From: Candidatus Omnitrophota bacterium
GTDB taxonomy: Bacteria; Omnitrophota; Gorgyraeia; S143-82
Assembly: GCA_015494585.1 (NCBI GenBank)
Contig: WGAY01000036.1
Location: 9,462 to 73,461 of the forward strand
DNA length: 64,000 nucleotides
Direction of reading: 5' to 3'
Shown: one piece after another, positions 29,997 through 40,228 of the stretch
How the letters are laid out: each line of letters starts with the position of its first letter
Position numbering within the stretch: the first letter of the stretch is position 1
Notes under the pieces: generated by a model
The model's input: only the letters and a program-made list of their open reading frames with translations
Database searches by the model: none
Told to the model about the DNA's origin: nothing
Position numbers and translations under genes: made by a program

Positions 29997-31283
29997 TTAT
30001 TTTACTTCATCGCCCACTTTGATTGGCTGGTCGGAGTAGAATTTGATTATATCCGCAGCACAGACATCATCTTTTAACATCTTTACCTTTACCCTGGCTA
30101 TCTTACTTCCACCTCTAAGCACATCAAACTCCATTCCTTCAACAACGCCATCATTCTTTCCCAGATCTATGACTACAAAATTATGGGCCTCATTTACATT
30201 TAGAATCTTGCCTCCCTTTATTTCAGAATTAGATGAAGTAGAACTCTCAGAAGAAATTGCAGGCTTTTCTTCCCCTACTATTATCGGAGGTAGACTAACT
30301 ACTTTACTCTTAGAAAGGTTTTTAGATGCATCCACCTGAATCTTGCCCATCTTATCTGTAAGGGTTAATATCTTGTCTATGCTGTCTCTAACAACTGTAT
30401 TCATATCTTCAATATGACGTTTCAGGATATCCCTCTCCTCTTCTTTCCTCGCTAGTTCTTTTTCAAGGTATGTTTCACTCTTGGTTAACTTCACAACCTT
30501 ATTCTTAATAAGGTCATTTTCTTTCTGTATTTTCTCCAAGAGCTCGCTCATAGCACGTCTATCTTCTTTTTCCCGCACATAATCCCTAGTTAATATGTTT
30601 ATCATTCTCTTACTGTACTCAAGCTGGCGCAATAGTTCCATATTTTCAGACTGCAATTGGGAATACTTCAGCTCTAACTCCAATTTCTTTTGAATGGCCT
30701 CTTTCCTGGCAACTTCTTTTTCTCTTAATTCACTCTCTAACTTTTCAACCTTGGCCTCAAGTTCTGCCTTACGCTTTACCACATCCGCCCAGAATTCATC
30801 GGAAATAGTCTCTTGTTGGGTCTCTTTTCTACCAACCGATTTTGCCTTCTCCAACTGGGCCTTTAGATCCCCTATTTCTTCCTTCTTGGCATCCAACTGC
30901 TCTTCTAAACTGTTGATCTTTTCCTTTAAAGACACCTTTTCTTTAAGTACAGAATTATATTTTTCTTCCCACTTGCCCTTCTCGAGTTTCATAGAAGATA
31001 TCTGACTCTTATAAGTAGAGATGTCTTTTTTCAATCTTGAAATCTCATCATTAAGGCGAGCTATCTTTTGTTGTAAGGCCTGTTTTTCGCCAGCTAATCT
31101 CTTTGTAGTTTCGTCATAGCGTTGTTTCCAGGATATAATTCCCTTTTTGGCATTATTATAATCTAGGTAAAATTTTGCAGCAACTCCACCAAAGATAACG
31201 GCCAATAGAACAGCTACACTAGCAAACAGGGCTTCTCTATTCATCCTATCCCCCTTTTTAAACCCTCTCCAGTTAGTCAACAA
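29997..31283 (-). CDS. Membrane-anchored long coiled-coil protein with a Ser-rich linker and a small C-terminal beta-domain
   Basis: N-terminal TM segment, about 250 aa of heptad-rich E/K/L sequence, the linker SSESSTSSNSE, then the C-terminal motif VIDLGKNDGVVEGMEFDVL. Confidence 0.5.
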   Translation of the reverse strand: MLTNWRGFKKGDRMNREALFASVAVLLAVIFGGVAAKFYLDYNNAKKGIISWKQRYDETTKRLAGEKQALQQKIARLNDEISRLKKDISTYKSQISSMKLEKGKWEEKYNSVLKEKVSLKEKINSLEEQLDAKKEEIGDLKAQLEKAKSVGRKETQQETISDEFWADVVKRKAELEAKVEKLESELREKEVARKEAIQKKLELELKYSQLQSENMELLRQLEYSKRMINILTRDYVREKEDRRAMSELLEKIQKENDLIKNKVVKLTKSETYLEKELARKEEERDILKRHIEDMNTVVRDSIDKILTLTDKMGKIQVDASKNLSKSKVVSLPPIIVGEEKPAISSESSTSSNSEIKGGKILNVNEAHNFVVIDLGKNDGVVEGMEFDVLRGGSKIARVKVKMLKDDVCAADIIKFYSDQPIKVGDEVK

Positions 31284-31340
31284 CAGAAAAGCAATCCGAA
31301 ATAGATATCAACCACCTGCGGCATTATTATAACAAAAAGC

Positions 31341-32564
31341 CTACAGTTGGGCAAAGACATTTCGCATAACAAGGCTGGCTGCACCCAATGCCACTGCATC
31401 CTCACCTAACCTAGAAGGCAATATCCTCACCGAAGATGCCATTTCGTGAAAGGCCCAATGGTCTATTGTTTCTTTTACCACATCTATTAGGTCGCTACCA
31501 AGCCTCTCTATACCGCCACCTATCACAAGGACCTGAGGATTCAACAGATTTATCAAAAATGCCGCCTTAAGACCGAGACACTTAGCCTTTTCTCTCACAA
31601 CACTCCTGGTCAAAGGGTCCAAACGTTTTACTGCTTCGACGATCATATCAAAATTTAATTTCGAAATATCCCCCTGTGTCATCTCCATAAGGACAGACAT
31701 ATCTTCCCGTTTCTGGCCAAGTCTCTTACGCAATTCAGAGATTATCCCCAGGTCAGAATCCGTCCTGGTTAGAAAACACATATCCCCATTTTCAGGGACA
31801 GCCTCCTCAGGATTGTATAGAGTAAGCTCACCAGCCCCTCCTGTAGAACCGCGATACAGATCCCCTCCAAGTATCATCCCACAACCTACCCCAGAGAACA
31901 TATAGACAAGATTATCGATAAAGGAATCCATATAAAACCAGTACTCCCCAAAGGCCGAAACTGTTGCGTCGTTTTCTACCAGAACTGGCAGGTTAAACTC
32001 CCTCTCTATATAATCTTTCAAGGGGACATAGATAGAGATATATTCATATTTGTCATCACTTATCTTTTCAGGCCACTTTATTGCCCCGCTCTGACGATCC
32101 ACAATACCACCTATCCCTATACCAATACCCTTTATCTTACCTCTGTCCCCTTTAAAATCCCCTATCACCTCTTTTATTATCTCCTTTATCGTCGGAACGA
32201 TATTCCTTATATCCATCTTCTCAGGGGTCTTTTTCACCTGTGACAATATCTGTCCATCTATGTTGGTAACAACACCAACTAAGTTATGTAAATTTACCCC
32301 TATTCCAACGACATAACTGGCATCTGGATTCAGGTCCAAAAGGACTGGTCTGCGCCCGCCTTGAGAAATATCTAGCTCTTTTTCTACGATAAAGTCATTT
32401 TCGAGGAAGTGATTTACATAATTTGTTACAGTAACTACATTTAGGCCCACCAGATTTGAAATCTCTGCCTTGGTAAGTGGCCCTCCTTTGCGCAATGCCT
32501 CAAGGATAGCAACATTACGACGAGCCCTCTCATTAAACCTCGTAACTTCTTTTAATGACTCCAT
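31341..32564 (-). CDS. ROK-family transcriptional regulator (NagC/XylR-like)
   Basis: N-terminal wHTH (ILEALRKGGPLTKAEISNLVGLNVVTV) followed by a ROK sugar-kinase-like domain. Confidence 0.85.
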   Translation of the reverse strand: MESLKEVTRFNERARRNVAILEALRKGGPLTKAEISNLVGLNVVTVTNYVNHFLENDFIVEKELDISQGGRRPVLLDLNPDASYVVGIGVNLHNLVGVVTNIDGQILSQVKKTPEKMDIRNIVPTIKEIIKEVIGDFKGDRGKIKGIGIGIGGIVDRQSGAIKWPEKISDDKYEYISIYVPLKDYIEREFNLPVLVENDATVSAFGEYWFYMDSFIDNLVYMFSGVGCGMILGGDLYRGSTGGAGELTLYNPEEAVPENGDMCFLTRTDSDLGIISELRKRLGQKREDMSVLMEMTQGDISKLNFDMIVEAVKRLDPLTRSVVREKAKCLGLKAAFLINLLNPQVLVIGGGIERLGSDLIDVVKETIDHWAFHEMASSVRILPSRLGEDAVALGAASLVMRNVFAQL

Positions 32565-32667
32565 ATCCTACCTCTTTCTAATTCCCCAAACATCCCCCAC
32601 TGTATATTTCACAATTTCATTGTTAACCTTAAATTAAAAATGCTTAAAAACTTTTAATCTTATTATA

Positions 32668-35142
32668 TTAAAATTTTCTCTCATACACAAGCCTAAAAAT
32701 ATGTCGGGTATCCAAAGAAGACATATACCAGTCACTATCCTCGTCATAATTTGCATATTCGCCATACAAAAACCTTACATAACTATCCTGACCAGACGAC
32801 CATTGTACCCCCAAAAAGAAATTATTATGGCCTTCGCAATCTAGCCTGTGCTCCTTATTATATACGTACAAATCATACAAACGCGTGTAGACATAGGAAA
32901 TCCACAACTCAAGTCCCTTAACAGGACGGAATATGATATCTGCACCTACATGATTAACGGTATCGTCTATACCTGTTGCAAATTTATTATTGTTTTTCGC
33001 AAAAGAGGTCCTTATCTCCAACCATTCAAATGGTGTGAAAAGAAGGTGTGCCCTAACAATACTGTAATAATCATAGGGAGGCAAACCAAAGATGCTTTGG
33101 TCATATAAAAACGGCACCATAGAATCCCACAACACACCGTCGTGAGAGACATCGGTAACATAGGTGTCATAGAACAGTAGGCGCGGAAAATTCATAGGGT
33201 CATTTGTATATTCAAGCGAGGCATCAAGGGTTGTCTGATATTGCTTGAATTCATACCTGGCCCCAATAGAGAAGTGCCCAATAGATGGGTCTTTATCTGC
33301 CTCTATCGCGCTGTTTTGTATATGCGAGGCATCTTCACTGTAATAATCGCTTAAGGCATAGACATTATCTGCATATATTAAAGGGTCTTTTCCAGACGTT
33401 GTATCGGGTAGGAATTTATACCACAGCAGTCCTTTTGTCTCTAAATTATCAAACAATTTCTTGTCTAACTCTAACCTGATAAGTGTCTCTATTGGCCTAC
33501 CTGCATCGCTGTGGACGTTTCTGATAAAGGCATCTGTAAAGACCCCCATAAGGTTCCCTCGATAATAGGCAAGAAAAGAAAACCTACCTCTATCCATTCC
33601 ATCTCCATAGGCCATATAATAATCTTCATCATTCAGGTCAGGTGTTTCAAAATAAAGGTGTTTTGTTCGTTCCGTCTCTACACGAGTATATCTATAGTTT
33701 GAAAGGCCGGGATAAAAGCTGTCATCCATATATAATGCTGATATACCTATATTAGTCACATTACCTGGATGTAAGGGCCTATTTTTCAGGGAAAAACCAT
33801 ATGCCCAACCATTGAAGCTGGTATTATAACCATTGGCTTCACTTACATCATGAAAACTCCTGGCTATCTCCATACTCAAAAGGAAAAGTTTCCAAGAGAA
33901 CATTCCATCTATACCAATAACATTATTTCTAGCCTCAATATTATCCTTTTCATCAAACCCAAATTTTCCTGTATACACCAATCCCAAATACGCATCCTTC
34001 GAAAAAAGTAATTTAGATCGAACAGCGGCATCTGCACTATTAAGATCACCTATATCATCCCAATATGTCATTGGAAAGGCCAAGGCCGATTCTAATTCTA
34101 TAAAATCACTGGAAAACGAAAACCTGGCCCCTCTCAAATACAGAAGACGCCTCCACTGACTATCTCTTGCATAGGCAGAGATATTTCTTACCCATTGCCC
34201 AGACTGGACAGGAGAACCACTCCTGGCAAATACCCTACTCGGTTGATAAGTGTCAATCCAGGGGCTCTCTTCCCAATCCCTCTTATTATTTGACAGACGC
34301 AATACATCGTCTGTCGTCAGGGCCTCTCTTTCATCTGACAAGGCAAAGGCTTTAAAGTATAGACCGGCATTATTATACTCCAGCCAGAGCTTGCGTATAA
34401 TATTCCATCTTTCATCTATCTTCTCACCTCCTATTGGCTCAAAATATGTCCACCAATCATAGAGCCCTTTTGGGGTATAAGAGGTCAATCTGCCATCGAC
34501 CACTTTTATCTCATCAAAGTTAAGGACATTACCTAGATTAGTGCGAAATATCTCATTCATCGTCCTACCCGTGGCAAAGATATATTTCAACTTCACATCC
34601 GCATAATCGCTACCAGTAGTCGAAACCACATGTGAGTGGACCAGCCCAAGATAAGACCATGGATCCACTACCAATTGAGAATAGAGATTAAGTATTGGAT
34701 TGACCTTATAATCTAAATTTATTCTAAGTCCAGAGTACACTTTAGGGTCATATGTGTTTTCCCTCTCCTCTCCCCATAGATACCGCCAAGATTTCTGATA
34801 GGGTATAGAGTTTTTATCTGGATTGGTGTCCTTCCAGAAGATATCTCCATGGCTATCAATTTCAAAGGCACTATAAATAGAACCTGAAACGTTTAGAGTG
34901 GGATAACTAGTTCTTTTTGCCCCCTGACTTGTATCCTCAAAATCGTTGTTCCTAGTAAAACGATCTATTTTGGCAGGACCTTTATACCGCAGCTCATATT
35001 TCTCAAGCAAGGCTGCCATCTTCGCAAGGCGCTGATTTTCCACATTATTCTCAAGGCAAAGTCCATCGCCAAGGATAAAAAAAGCAGCAGCCCATATACA
35101 AAAAGACAAACCAAAAACTCTAAAAGAAGCCCCCCCCACCAT
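32668..35142 (-). CDS. Putative large outer-membrane beta-barrel protein (porin/uptake channel)
   Basis: Start at internal ATG 35142 gives a signal peptide (MVGGASFRVFGLSFCIWAAAFFILG). The protein is aromatic-rich (Y/W/F/N/D) with alternating hydrophobic patterning and a C-terminal ...LVYERKF ending in Phe, typical of OMP beta-barrels. Confidence 0.5.
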   Translation of the reverse strand: MVGGASFRVFGLSFCIWAAAFFILGDGLCLENNVENQRLAKMAALLEKYELRYKGPAKIDRFTRNNDFEDTSQGAKRTSYPTLNVSGSIYSAFEIDSHGDIFWKDTNPDKNSIPYQKSWRYLWGEERENTYDPKVYSGLRINLDYKVNPILNLYSQLVVDPWSYLGLVHSHVVSTTGSDYADVKLKYIFATGRTMNEIFRTNLGNVLNFDEIKVVDGRLTSYTPKGLYDWWTYFEPIGGEKIDERWNIIRKLWLEYNNAGLYFKAFALSDEREALTTDDVLRLSNNKRDWEESPWIDTYQPSRVFARSGSPVQSGQWVRNISAYARDSQWRRLLYLRGARFSFSSDFIELESALAFPMTYWDDIGDLNSADAAVRSKLLFSKDAYLGLVYTGKFGFDEKDNIEARNNVIGIDGMFSWKLFLLSMEIARSFHDVSEANGYNTSFNGWAYGFSLKNRPLHPGNVTNIGISALYMDDSFYPGLSNYRYTRVETERTKHLYFETPDLNDEDYYMAYGDGMDRGRFSFLAYYRGNLMGVFTDAFIRNVHSDAGRPIETLIRLELDKKLFDNLETKGLLWYKFLPDTTSGKDPLIYADNVYALSDYYSEDASHIQNSAIEADKDPSIGHFSIGARYEFKQYQTTLDASLEYTNDPMNFPRLLFYDTYVTDVSHDGVLWDSMVPFLYDQSIFGLPPYDYYSIVRAHLLFTPFEWLEIRTSFAKNNNKFATGIDDTVNHVGADIIFRPVKGLELWISYVYTRLYDLYVYNKEHRLDCEGHNNFFLGVQWSSGQDSYVRFLYGEYANYDEDSDWYMSSLDTRHIFRLVYERKF

Positions 35143-35159
35143 ATCTTTCTTCTTAAATA

Positions 35160-36461
35160 TCAGTCCTTTATACTCCCCAGGGATATCTCTTTCTGGGCTA
35201 GAATCGAGGATGTCCACAACTGCTTGAGGACCTTGTAGGCCTTTTTGGGTCTTCTCACATTAAGCCCTGTATCAGGATCAATTTTTCTGGACAAGGCAAC
35301 TATTCCCCACCACTCTTCATTCATATTCATATTATTGTCACAGGCTATATCGTGATAGTATCCTCCACAAGACCAATCCCCCCGCTGATCATGCCTGTAC
35401 CAGGCCTTGGGGTCATAAGGGTCACTCTTCCACCACTCATCTGTCCACTCAAATACTATTCCTCCGACGACATTCCCTCTACCTGTACTGGCTGCTAGAT
35501 TCCGTTCTATTTCACGCCAGAGATCGGCTATGTACTCGGCCTGTATATCCTGATTTTCCTCCCTATGCAGGGAATCAAAAGAATCAGCACCAAATTCCAT
35601 AACAAAGAATGGCTTATCAGGGAAAAATCTTTTCATATCCCTCCAGATATGTCCAAAGCTCTTTCCGGTAAACAAGGTTACACCCACCAGGTCTATATTT
35701 TTACAGACCTTTCCAGCAACATCCAGTCCCCTTGGCCCACCATTCCCCAACGCAACGAGCCTCTTGCCATCTATCTTTTTTATTTCCTTTGCAATCTCAT
35801 CCACAAAACTGTAGTAAATCTCGGCCTGCCTTTCCCTGCGCTTAGCAGGATCCCGTATTTTAAGAAGGTCTTTGGTAATCCAGGCATTGATGTTCTCAGG
35901 CCCAAAGGAAAAGTTGTTTTCATTGCCCAGTACCCACATAATTATGCCAGGCTCATCCTTTAAGGCCCTAACCATCTCCAACACAGACTGTTTTACCTTT
36001 CTCCTAAACTTGGGATCCCCATAATTCGGGCTATTCCAGAAACCCAGCCAGTGTCCCATAATCGTATAGATCCCATATTTCTCATAGAGGATATGTATAA
36101 ACTCCTTTGTCTGCTGGATGTCTTTGCCTGGCTGGTAAAACCGCACGGCATTTGCTCCAAGTTCCTTTATCAAGGGGGCATCGAGCTTCAAGACCTCTTT
36201 ATGAGAAAAAATATCGTACTCCCAGTTCTTGCCAATGGGTACTGGTTGATAAACCACCCCCCGCAATATAAAGGGCTTTCCATATACATAGAGAACACAG
36301 CCTTTGGAGGTCTTTTTTATACTTGATATCTCTGTTTCTCTGGCCTCGCCGCAAGAAGTCTGAAATATTGAGAAAAGAAAGAGAAACAGGAAAATAAAAA
36401 GAGGGCCTTCTCGGCCCTCTTTTATAGACTTAACAAAAGTAATTATTGGATTATTCCTCAT
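35160..36461 (-). CDS. Clan GH-A (GH5-like TIM-barrel) glycoside hydrolase lipoprotein
   Basis: Lipobox (QTSC). Putative acid/base WVLGNENNF and nucleophile VMEFGAD. Paralogous to 37714..39627. Confidence 0.65.
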   Translation of the reverse strand: MRNNPIITFVKSIKEGREGPLFIFLFLFLFSIFQTSCGEARETEISSIKKTSKGCVLYVYGKPFILRGVVYQPVPIGKNWEYDIFSHKEVLKLDAPLIKELGANAVRFYQPGKDIQQTKEFIHILYEKYGIYTIMGHWLGFWNSPNYGDPKFRRKVKQSVLEMVRALKDEPGIIMWVLGNENNFSFGPENINAWITKDLLKIRDPAKRRERQAEIYYSFVDEIAKEIKKIDGKRLVALGNGGPRGLDVAGKVCKNIDLVGVTLFTGKSFGHIWRDMKRFFPDKPFFVMEFGADSFDSLHREENQDIQAEYIADLWREIERNLAASTGRGNVVGGIVFEWTDEWWKSDPYDPKAWYRHDQRGDWSCGGYYHDIACDNNMNMNEEWWGIVALSRKIDPDTGLNVRRPKKAYKVLKQLWTSSILAQKEISLGSIKD

Positions 36462-37611
36462 ACACTATATCATCCAGATAAAAGGTACAACCCTCGGGAT
36501 TGACATCCGCGTTAGTAACCCAGCAAAAACCACCGATTATGTAGGACATATCCTTACCCGAGAGATCAATTGTATACTTTTTCCATTCCTTACTCAATAC
36601 TATTGGCCCTATCTCTGCTGAATCAGAATCAGAGTAGTTATTCTGTATACCACCGACCTTAAATGCCTCTATTCGCTCTCCTCCTTTGGCTCCACGGGCC
36701 CAGAAAGTGAGCTTCCTGGCCTTGCTAAGGTCATAACCCTTATCCAATTGCCCCCAATTATTTGCAGGCTCAAGCCAATATACACCGGCCCATCTGGCCC
36801 CTCTTGATGCCTTTGCGGTATAGACGAATTTTATACAGGTATCTCCACTATGGGGATCCTCCTCAGAAGCATCGTTCATCTTTATATCAGAATAGTCGCC
36901 CATAAATCCAGAAGGCACAAAGTGATTCTCTACTGAACGTTTGTCAATATAGACAGCGAAGGGCATTGGTTCAGGACCCTTTGTCTCAGCCTTTAGATTG
37001 GGGTCATATTCAAATTTTATATCGTCTAGATAGAATGTGCATCCATCCGGATTCTGGCCAGCCTGAAGTGTAAAGGCAAAACCGCCACTTATGTAAGATA
37101 GATCTGCTCCAACCAGATTGATTTCGTATTTCTTCCACTCATCTGTAAGCTGGATAGGCCCGATCTTCACATCCGCTGTATCTTCATAAACCTTTCCGTT
37201 TATACCACCCACCTTAAATTCTGCTATTATCTCGTCTCCATACTCACCCTTCGCCCAGAAGGTAAGTTTATTCATAGAAGATAGATCAAAACCGCCCTGC
37301 TTTGTCCCCCAGTTGTTGGGAGGATTCTGCCAATATACACCTGCCCAACCCTGTCCTTGAGACTTATCCGCAGTGTAGACTACCTGTATGCAGGTCTTAC
37401 CAGAATGTACATCCTCGGAATAGGCCTCATTTAAACGTATATCGCCGTAGTCTCCCATATACCCAGAAGGCACATAATGATTCTCAGGAGATCCCTTATC
37501 CGTATATATAACAAAGGTATCTCCTTTTGGAATCTTAATCCCTTCTGCCTGCGCCGCATATCCCAGTATTGCCCCTGTAACAAACAACACTGCCAGCAAC
37601 ATTCTACGCAT
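36451..37611 (-). CDS. Secreted protein made of two tandem CBM-like domains of about 180 aa each
   Basis: Signal peptide, then two repeats sharing ENH(Y/F)VPSG(Y/F)MGDY.DI..N...E.D.HSG.TCI..VYTA......WAGVYW..P.NNWG......DLS....LTFWA.G......I..FKVGGI. Confidence 0.6.
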   Translation of the reverse strand: MRRMLLAVLFVTGAILGYAAQAEGIKIPKGDTFVIYTDKGSPENHYVPSGYMGDYGDIRLNEAYSEDVHSGKTCIQVVYTADKSQGQGWAGVYWQNPPNNWGTKQGGFDLSSMNKLTFWAKGEYGDEIIAEFKVGGINGKVYEDTADVKIGPIQLTDEWKKYEINLVGADLSYISGGFAFTLQAGQNPDGCTFYLDDIKFEYDPNLKAETKGPEPMPFAVYIDKRSVENHFVPSGFMGDYSDIKMNDASEEDPHSGDTCIKFVYTAKASRGARWAGVYWLEPANNWGQLDKGYDLSKARKLTFWARGAKGGERIEAFKVGGIQNNYSDSDSAEIGPIVLSKEWKKYTIDLSGKDMSYIIGGFCWVTNADVNPEGCTFYLDDIVYEE

Positions 37612-37713
37612 ACCTTACCTCCTCTTTAATGGTTTCCCCAAACCTTTCATTGATTCTTATATTTTAATATAGACCTCACAATTAGTCAAAAACAAAATAA
37701 AAATTTTAAAAAA

Positions 37714-39627
37714 CTATTCCCTCCAGGCCTTACGAAGATAATAGAATACCTGACGAGGAGAACGTTTAAACGGGGAATCCTTTCCATCGCCCTGGCCAAA
37801 CCATCCCAGCCATTCTTCATACATATAGCCGTCTATAAATGGACCTGGCCATCTGGACTCTGTGTTATGCACGAATGGCTCATAGCCCTTCCACCATTCA
37901 TCTAGATATTCAAAAGCAAACCCCCCGATGGAATTTCCCACGCCGTCATACTCGGCAGAATTGAACAAGATATCCTCCCAGCACCCCAGGTAATAAAGCG
38001 CCTGGGCCCTTTCTATTTCCTCCCTAGACATTGCCTTTGCATAGGCAGGGCAACCATACTCGGTTATCATTAAGGCCTTTCCAGGGGCCAGTCTGTGGCC
38101 TAGTTCCCAGACATCACCAAAACCTGAATTCCCCCTGTAGGCATTCAGCCCATATATGTCCACATCAGGACAGTACTTAGCAAACTTATCGAAATAGAGC
38201 ATATCTCCATTGCATATGGCCACTGGCCTGGTAGGATCCATCTCTTTGATTATTTTTGCAACCTTATTGACAAATCTATAATAGGCCTCTGGATTTTTCT
38301 TTGCATTGTTGGCAACTCCATAATTATTCTCGTTACCCAAGAGCCAGAACAGGACATAAGGTTCATCCTTAAATTCATTAACCATCTTCTTGACGCTCTC
38401 TATCATATTCTTCTGGTGCACAGGATTAGAATAATCAGTGCCCTCATCCCAGCTTGCCCCGCTACCAATGGTATACATCCCCAGAAAGTCTCCCATGACC
38501 ACGCGAATGCCAAACCTCCTGTACAAATCTCTCAACAATTTCTTGTTCACCTCATCTGGATGGTGATATATGCGCAAGGTATTTACACCCATTGCCCTTA
38601 AAATAGAAAAATCCCCAACCGCATACTCGTCTGAATCCTGTCTATTGTTCTTATTCCAGTCTATCCAGGCATCGTAAGGGCCATCAGGCAAACCATTCCC
38701 GTTATAGTCATAGTACATCCAATTCTTCATTGTCCCGTTATCCGGGCTTTGGCCTATCTTGGTAGGGGAGTAAGTTACTCCCTTAATGATATAAGGGTGT
38801 CCGTCGACCTGTAACTGCCAATGACCATTGTCATATCTAACCAACTTAGTGCGTTTACCCCCTTTGATCTCTACTATCTTATGTGCCCTTAGATTTATCT
38901 TTTTAGGGAAGACATCTTTTTCTGAGGCAATTTCAATAATCTGTCCAGGATTTACTACGGCCTTATCGTTCAATATGTTGTTATCCTGACCATTCTTGAT
39001 AAAGATACTGGCCCCTACTAATTTCATTTTTAGCTCTGGATAACGTCTTAATAAAAATTTTATCCTGTACAACGAAGTAGGGCCAATATACCAAGGGGTA
39101 TGCCAATAGGTCCAGCCATAGACACCAGGATAATGGATAACTATAGCATAATAGGCCTTTATTGCGTGAGACAGAAGACCCGCTCGTTCTAATATCTGGG
39201 CTATATAAAACTGCTTAACCCCCGGAGGCTCTGGTGCAGAACACCAAACAAAAAAACTTGCCAATGGATCCTGGCCATAGAGAAAATTCCAGTGGTTGCC
39301 TCTTAAGTAACCTTGCTTTCTATATTCTTGATATTTAGGGTCCCATCTAAAACTGGTAGTGTTTGGATATATCCCCTCCCCAACTGCCTTAGAAAGGCCT
39401 TCCTGATCCTTTATTATATATTTATAATTCTCTGTTCCTATTCCCTTAAACTCTCCATATTTTTTGTAATCGACAATACGCTCTAAGCCATAATCGTATA
39501 GACCGAATTTCGGCAACGGCAACTTTTCCACATAAGGCAAAAAATTCTGTGTGCCCTTGCAACCAACAAAACTAACACCTATCAAAAAGGTTGTAATCAA
39601 ACCCAATATTATAAAAACCTTATTCAC
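37714..39627 (-). CDS. Clan GH-A (GH5-like) glycoside hydrolase lipoprotein with an N-terminal extension
   Basis: Lipobox (VGCKG). FWLLGNENNYG and MITEYGCPAY catalytic motifs; paralogue of 35160..36461. Confidence 0.65.
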   Translation of the reverse strand: MNKVFIILGLITTFLIGVSFVGCKGTQNFLPYVEKLPLPKFGLYDYGLERIVDYKKYGEFKGIGTENYKYIIKDQEGLSKAVGEGIYPNTTSFRWDPKYQEYRKQGYLRGNHWNFLYGQDPLASFFVWCSAPEPPGVKQFYIAQILERAGLLSHAIKAYYAIVIHYPGVYGWTYWHTPWYIGPTSLYRIKFLLRRYPELKMKLVGASIFIKNGQDNNILNDKAVVNPGQIIEIASEKDVFPKKINLRAHKIVEIKGGKRTKLVRYDNGHWQLQVDGHPYIIKGVTYSPTKIGQSPDNGTMKNWMYYDYNGNGLPDGPYDAWIDWNKNNRQDSDEYAVGDFSILRAMGVNTLRIYHHPDEVNKKLLRDLYRRFGIRVVMGDFLGMYTIGSGASWDEGTDYSNPVHQKNMIESVKKMVNEFKDEPYVLFWLLGNENNYGVANNAKKNPEAYYRFVNKVAKIIKEMDPTRPVAICNGDMLYFDKFAKYCPDVDIYGLNAYRGNSGFGDVWELGHRLAPGKALMITEYGCPAYAKAMSREEIERAQALYYLGCWEDILFNSAEYDGVGNSIGGFAFEYLDEWWKGYEPFVHNTESRWPGPFIDGYMYEEWLGWFGQGDGKDSPFKRSPRQVFYYLRKAWRE

Positions 39628-40213
39628 AATCAGCCTCTTTCAATTTGCGTATCTTTGCCTCTGACTCATCTCTTACCTTCCAGTACCATCCACGCGGATC
39701 CCAGTTCTGCGCAAGAGGAAATTCCTTTATTGCCCTACGAAAATAATCCACGGCCTCTTTGCACCTGCCCTGTTTTTCATAGGCCTCTCCTATCACATAA
39801 TAGGCCGTTCCAACTGCATTTAACTCCTTATACTTGTCCTCCTCTCCGGTCCTAGGGAACTGACCATTTAAGGACTCTTGTTGTTGCCTTGCTATCTCAT
39901 TAAATCTGTCTATCAACCTCTGGGCAATCTTGATAGCATCAGCAAAGGCCCCTTTACCAAGCGCAGACCAGGCTTTAGTCAGCAATTGATCCGCCTCAAG
40001 ATTTTGTAGTTCTTCCTCGCTGATCTCAAAATGCACCTCTCTACTCTCTCCATCCCCTGTGATAAGTTTTGATTTATCGAATTGAGGAGCACCTTTAGCC
40101 GCAGGAAGAAGCCTTGGTCTGGAAAAGAGTTCTCTCTCAAAATCCTTTCTACAACCAATAAAAGACAACGGCACTAAAATACAGACAACCCACAAAACTA
40201 ATCTGAAAAACAC
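39620..40213 (-). CDS. TPR-like lipoprotein
   Basis: Lipobox (IGCRK) and TPR-like helical repeats (AIKIAQRLIDRFNE...YVIGEAYEKQGRCKEAVDYFRRAIKEF). Confidence 0.5.
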   Translation of the reverse strand: MFFRLVLWVVCILVPLSFIGCRKDFERELFSRPRLLPAAKGAPQFDKSKLITGDGESREVHFEISEEELQNLEADQLLTKAWSALGKGAFADAIKIAQRLIDRFNEIARQQQESLNGQFPRTGEEDKYKELNAVGTAYYVIGEAYEKQGRCKEAVDYFRRAIKEFPLAQNWDPRGWYWKVRDESEAKIRKLKEADCE

Positions 40214-40228
40214 CTAACACTCCCCTTC

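Noticed and set aside
32668-35217. Long ORF version of the OMP gene starting at 35217
   Set aside because: It would overlap the upstream hydrolase by 58 nt. The internal ATG at 35142 yields a proper signal peptide and removes the overlap.
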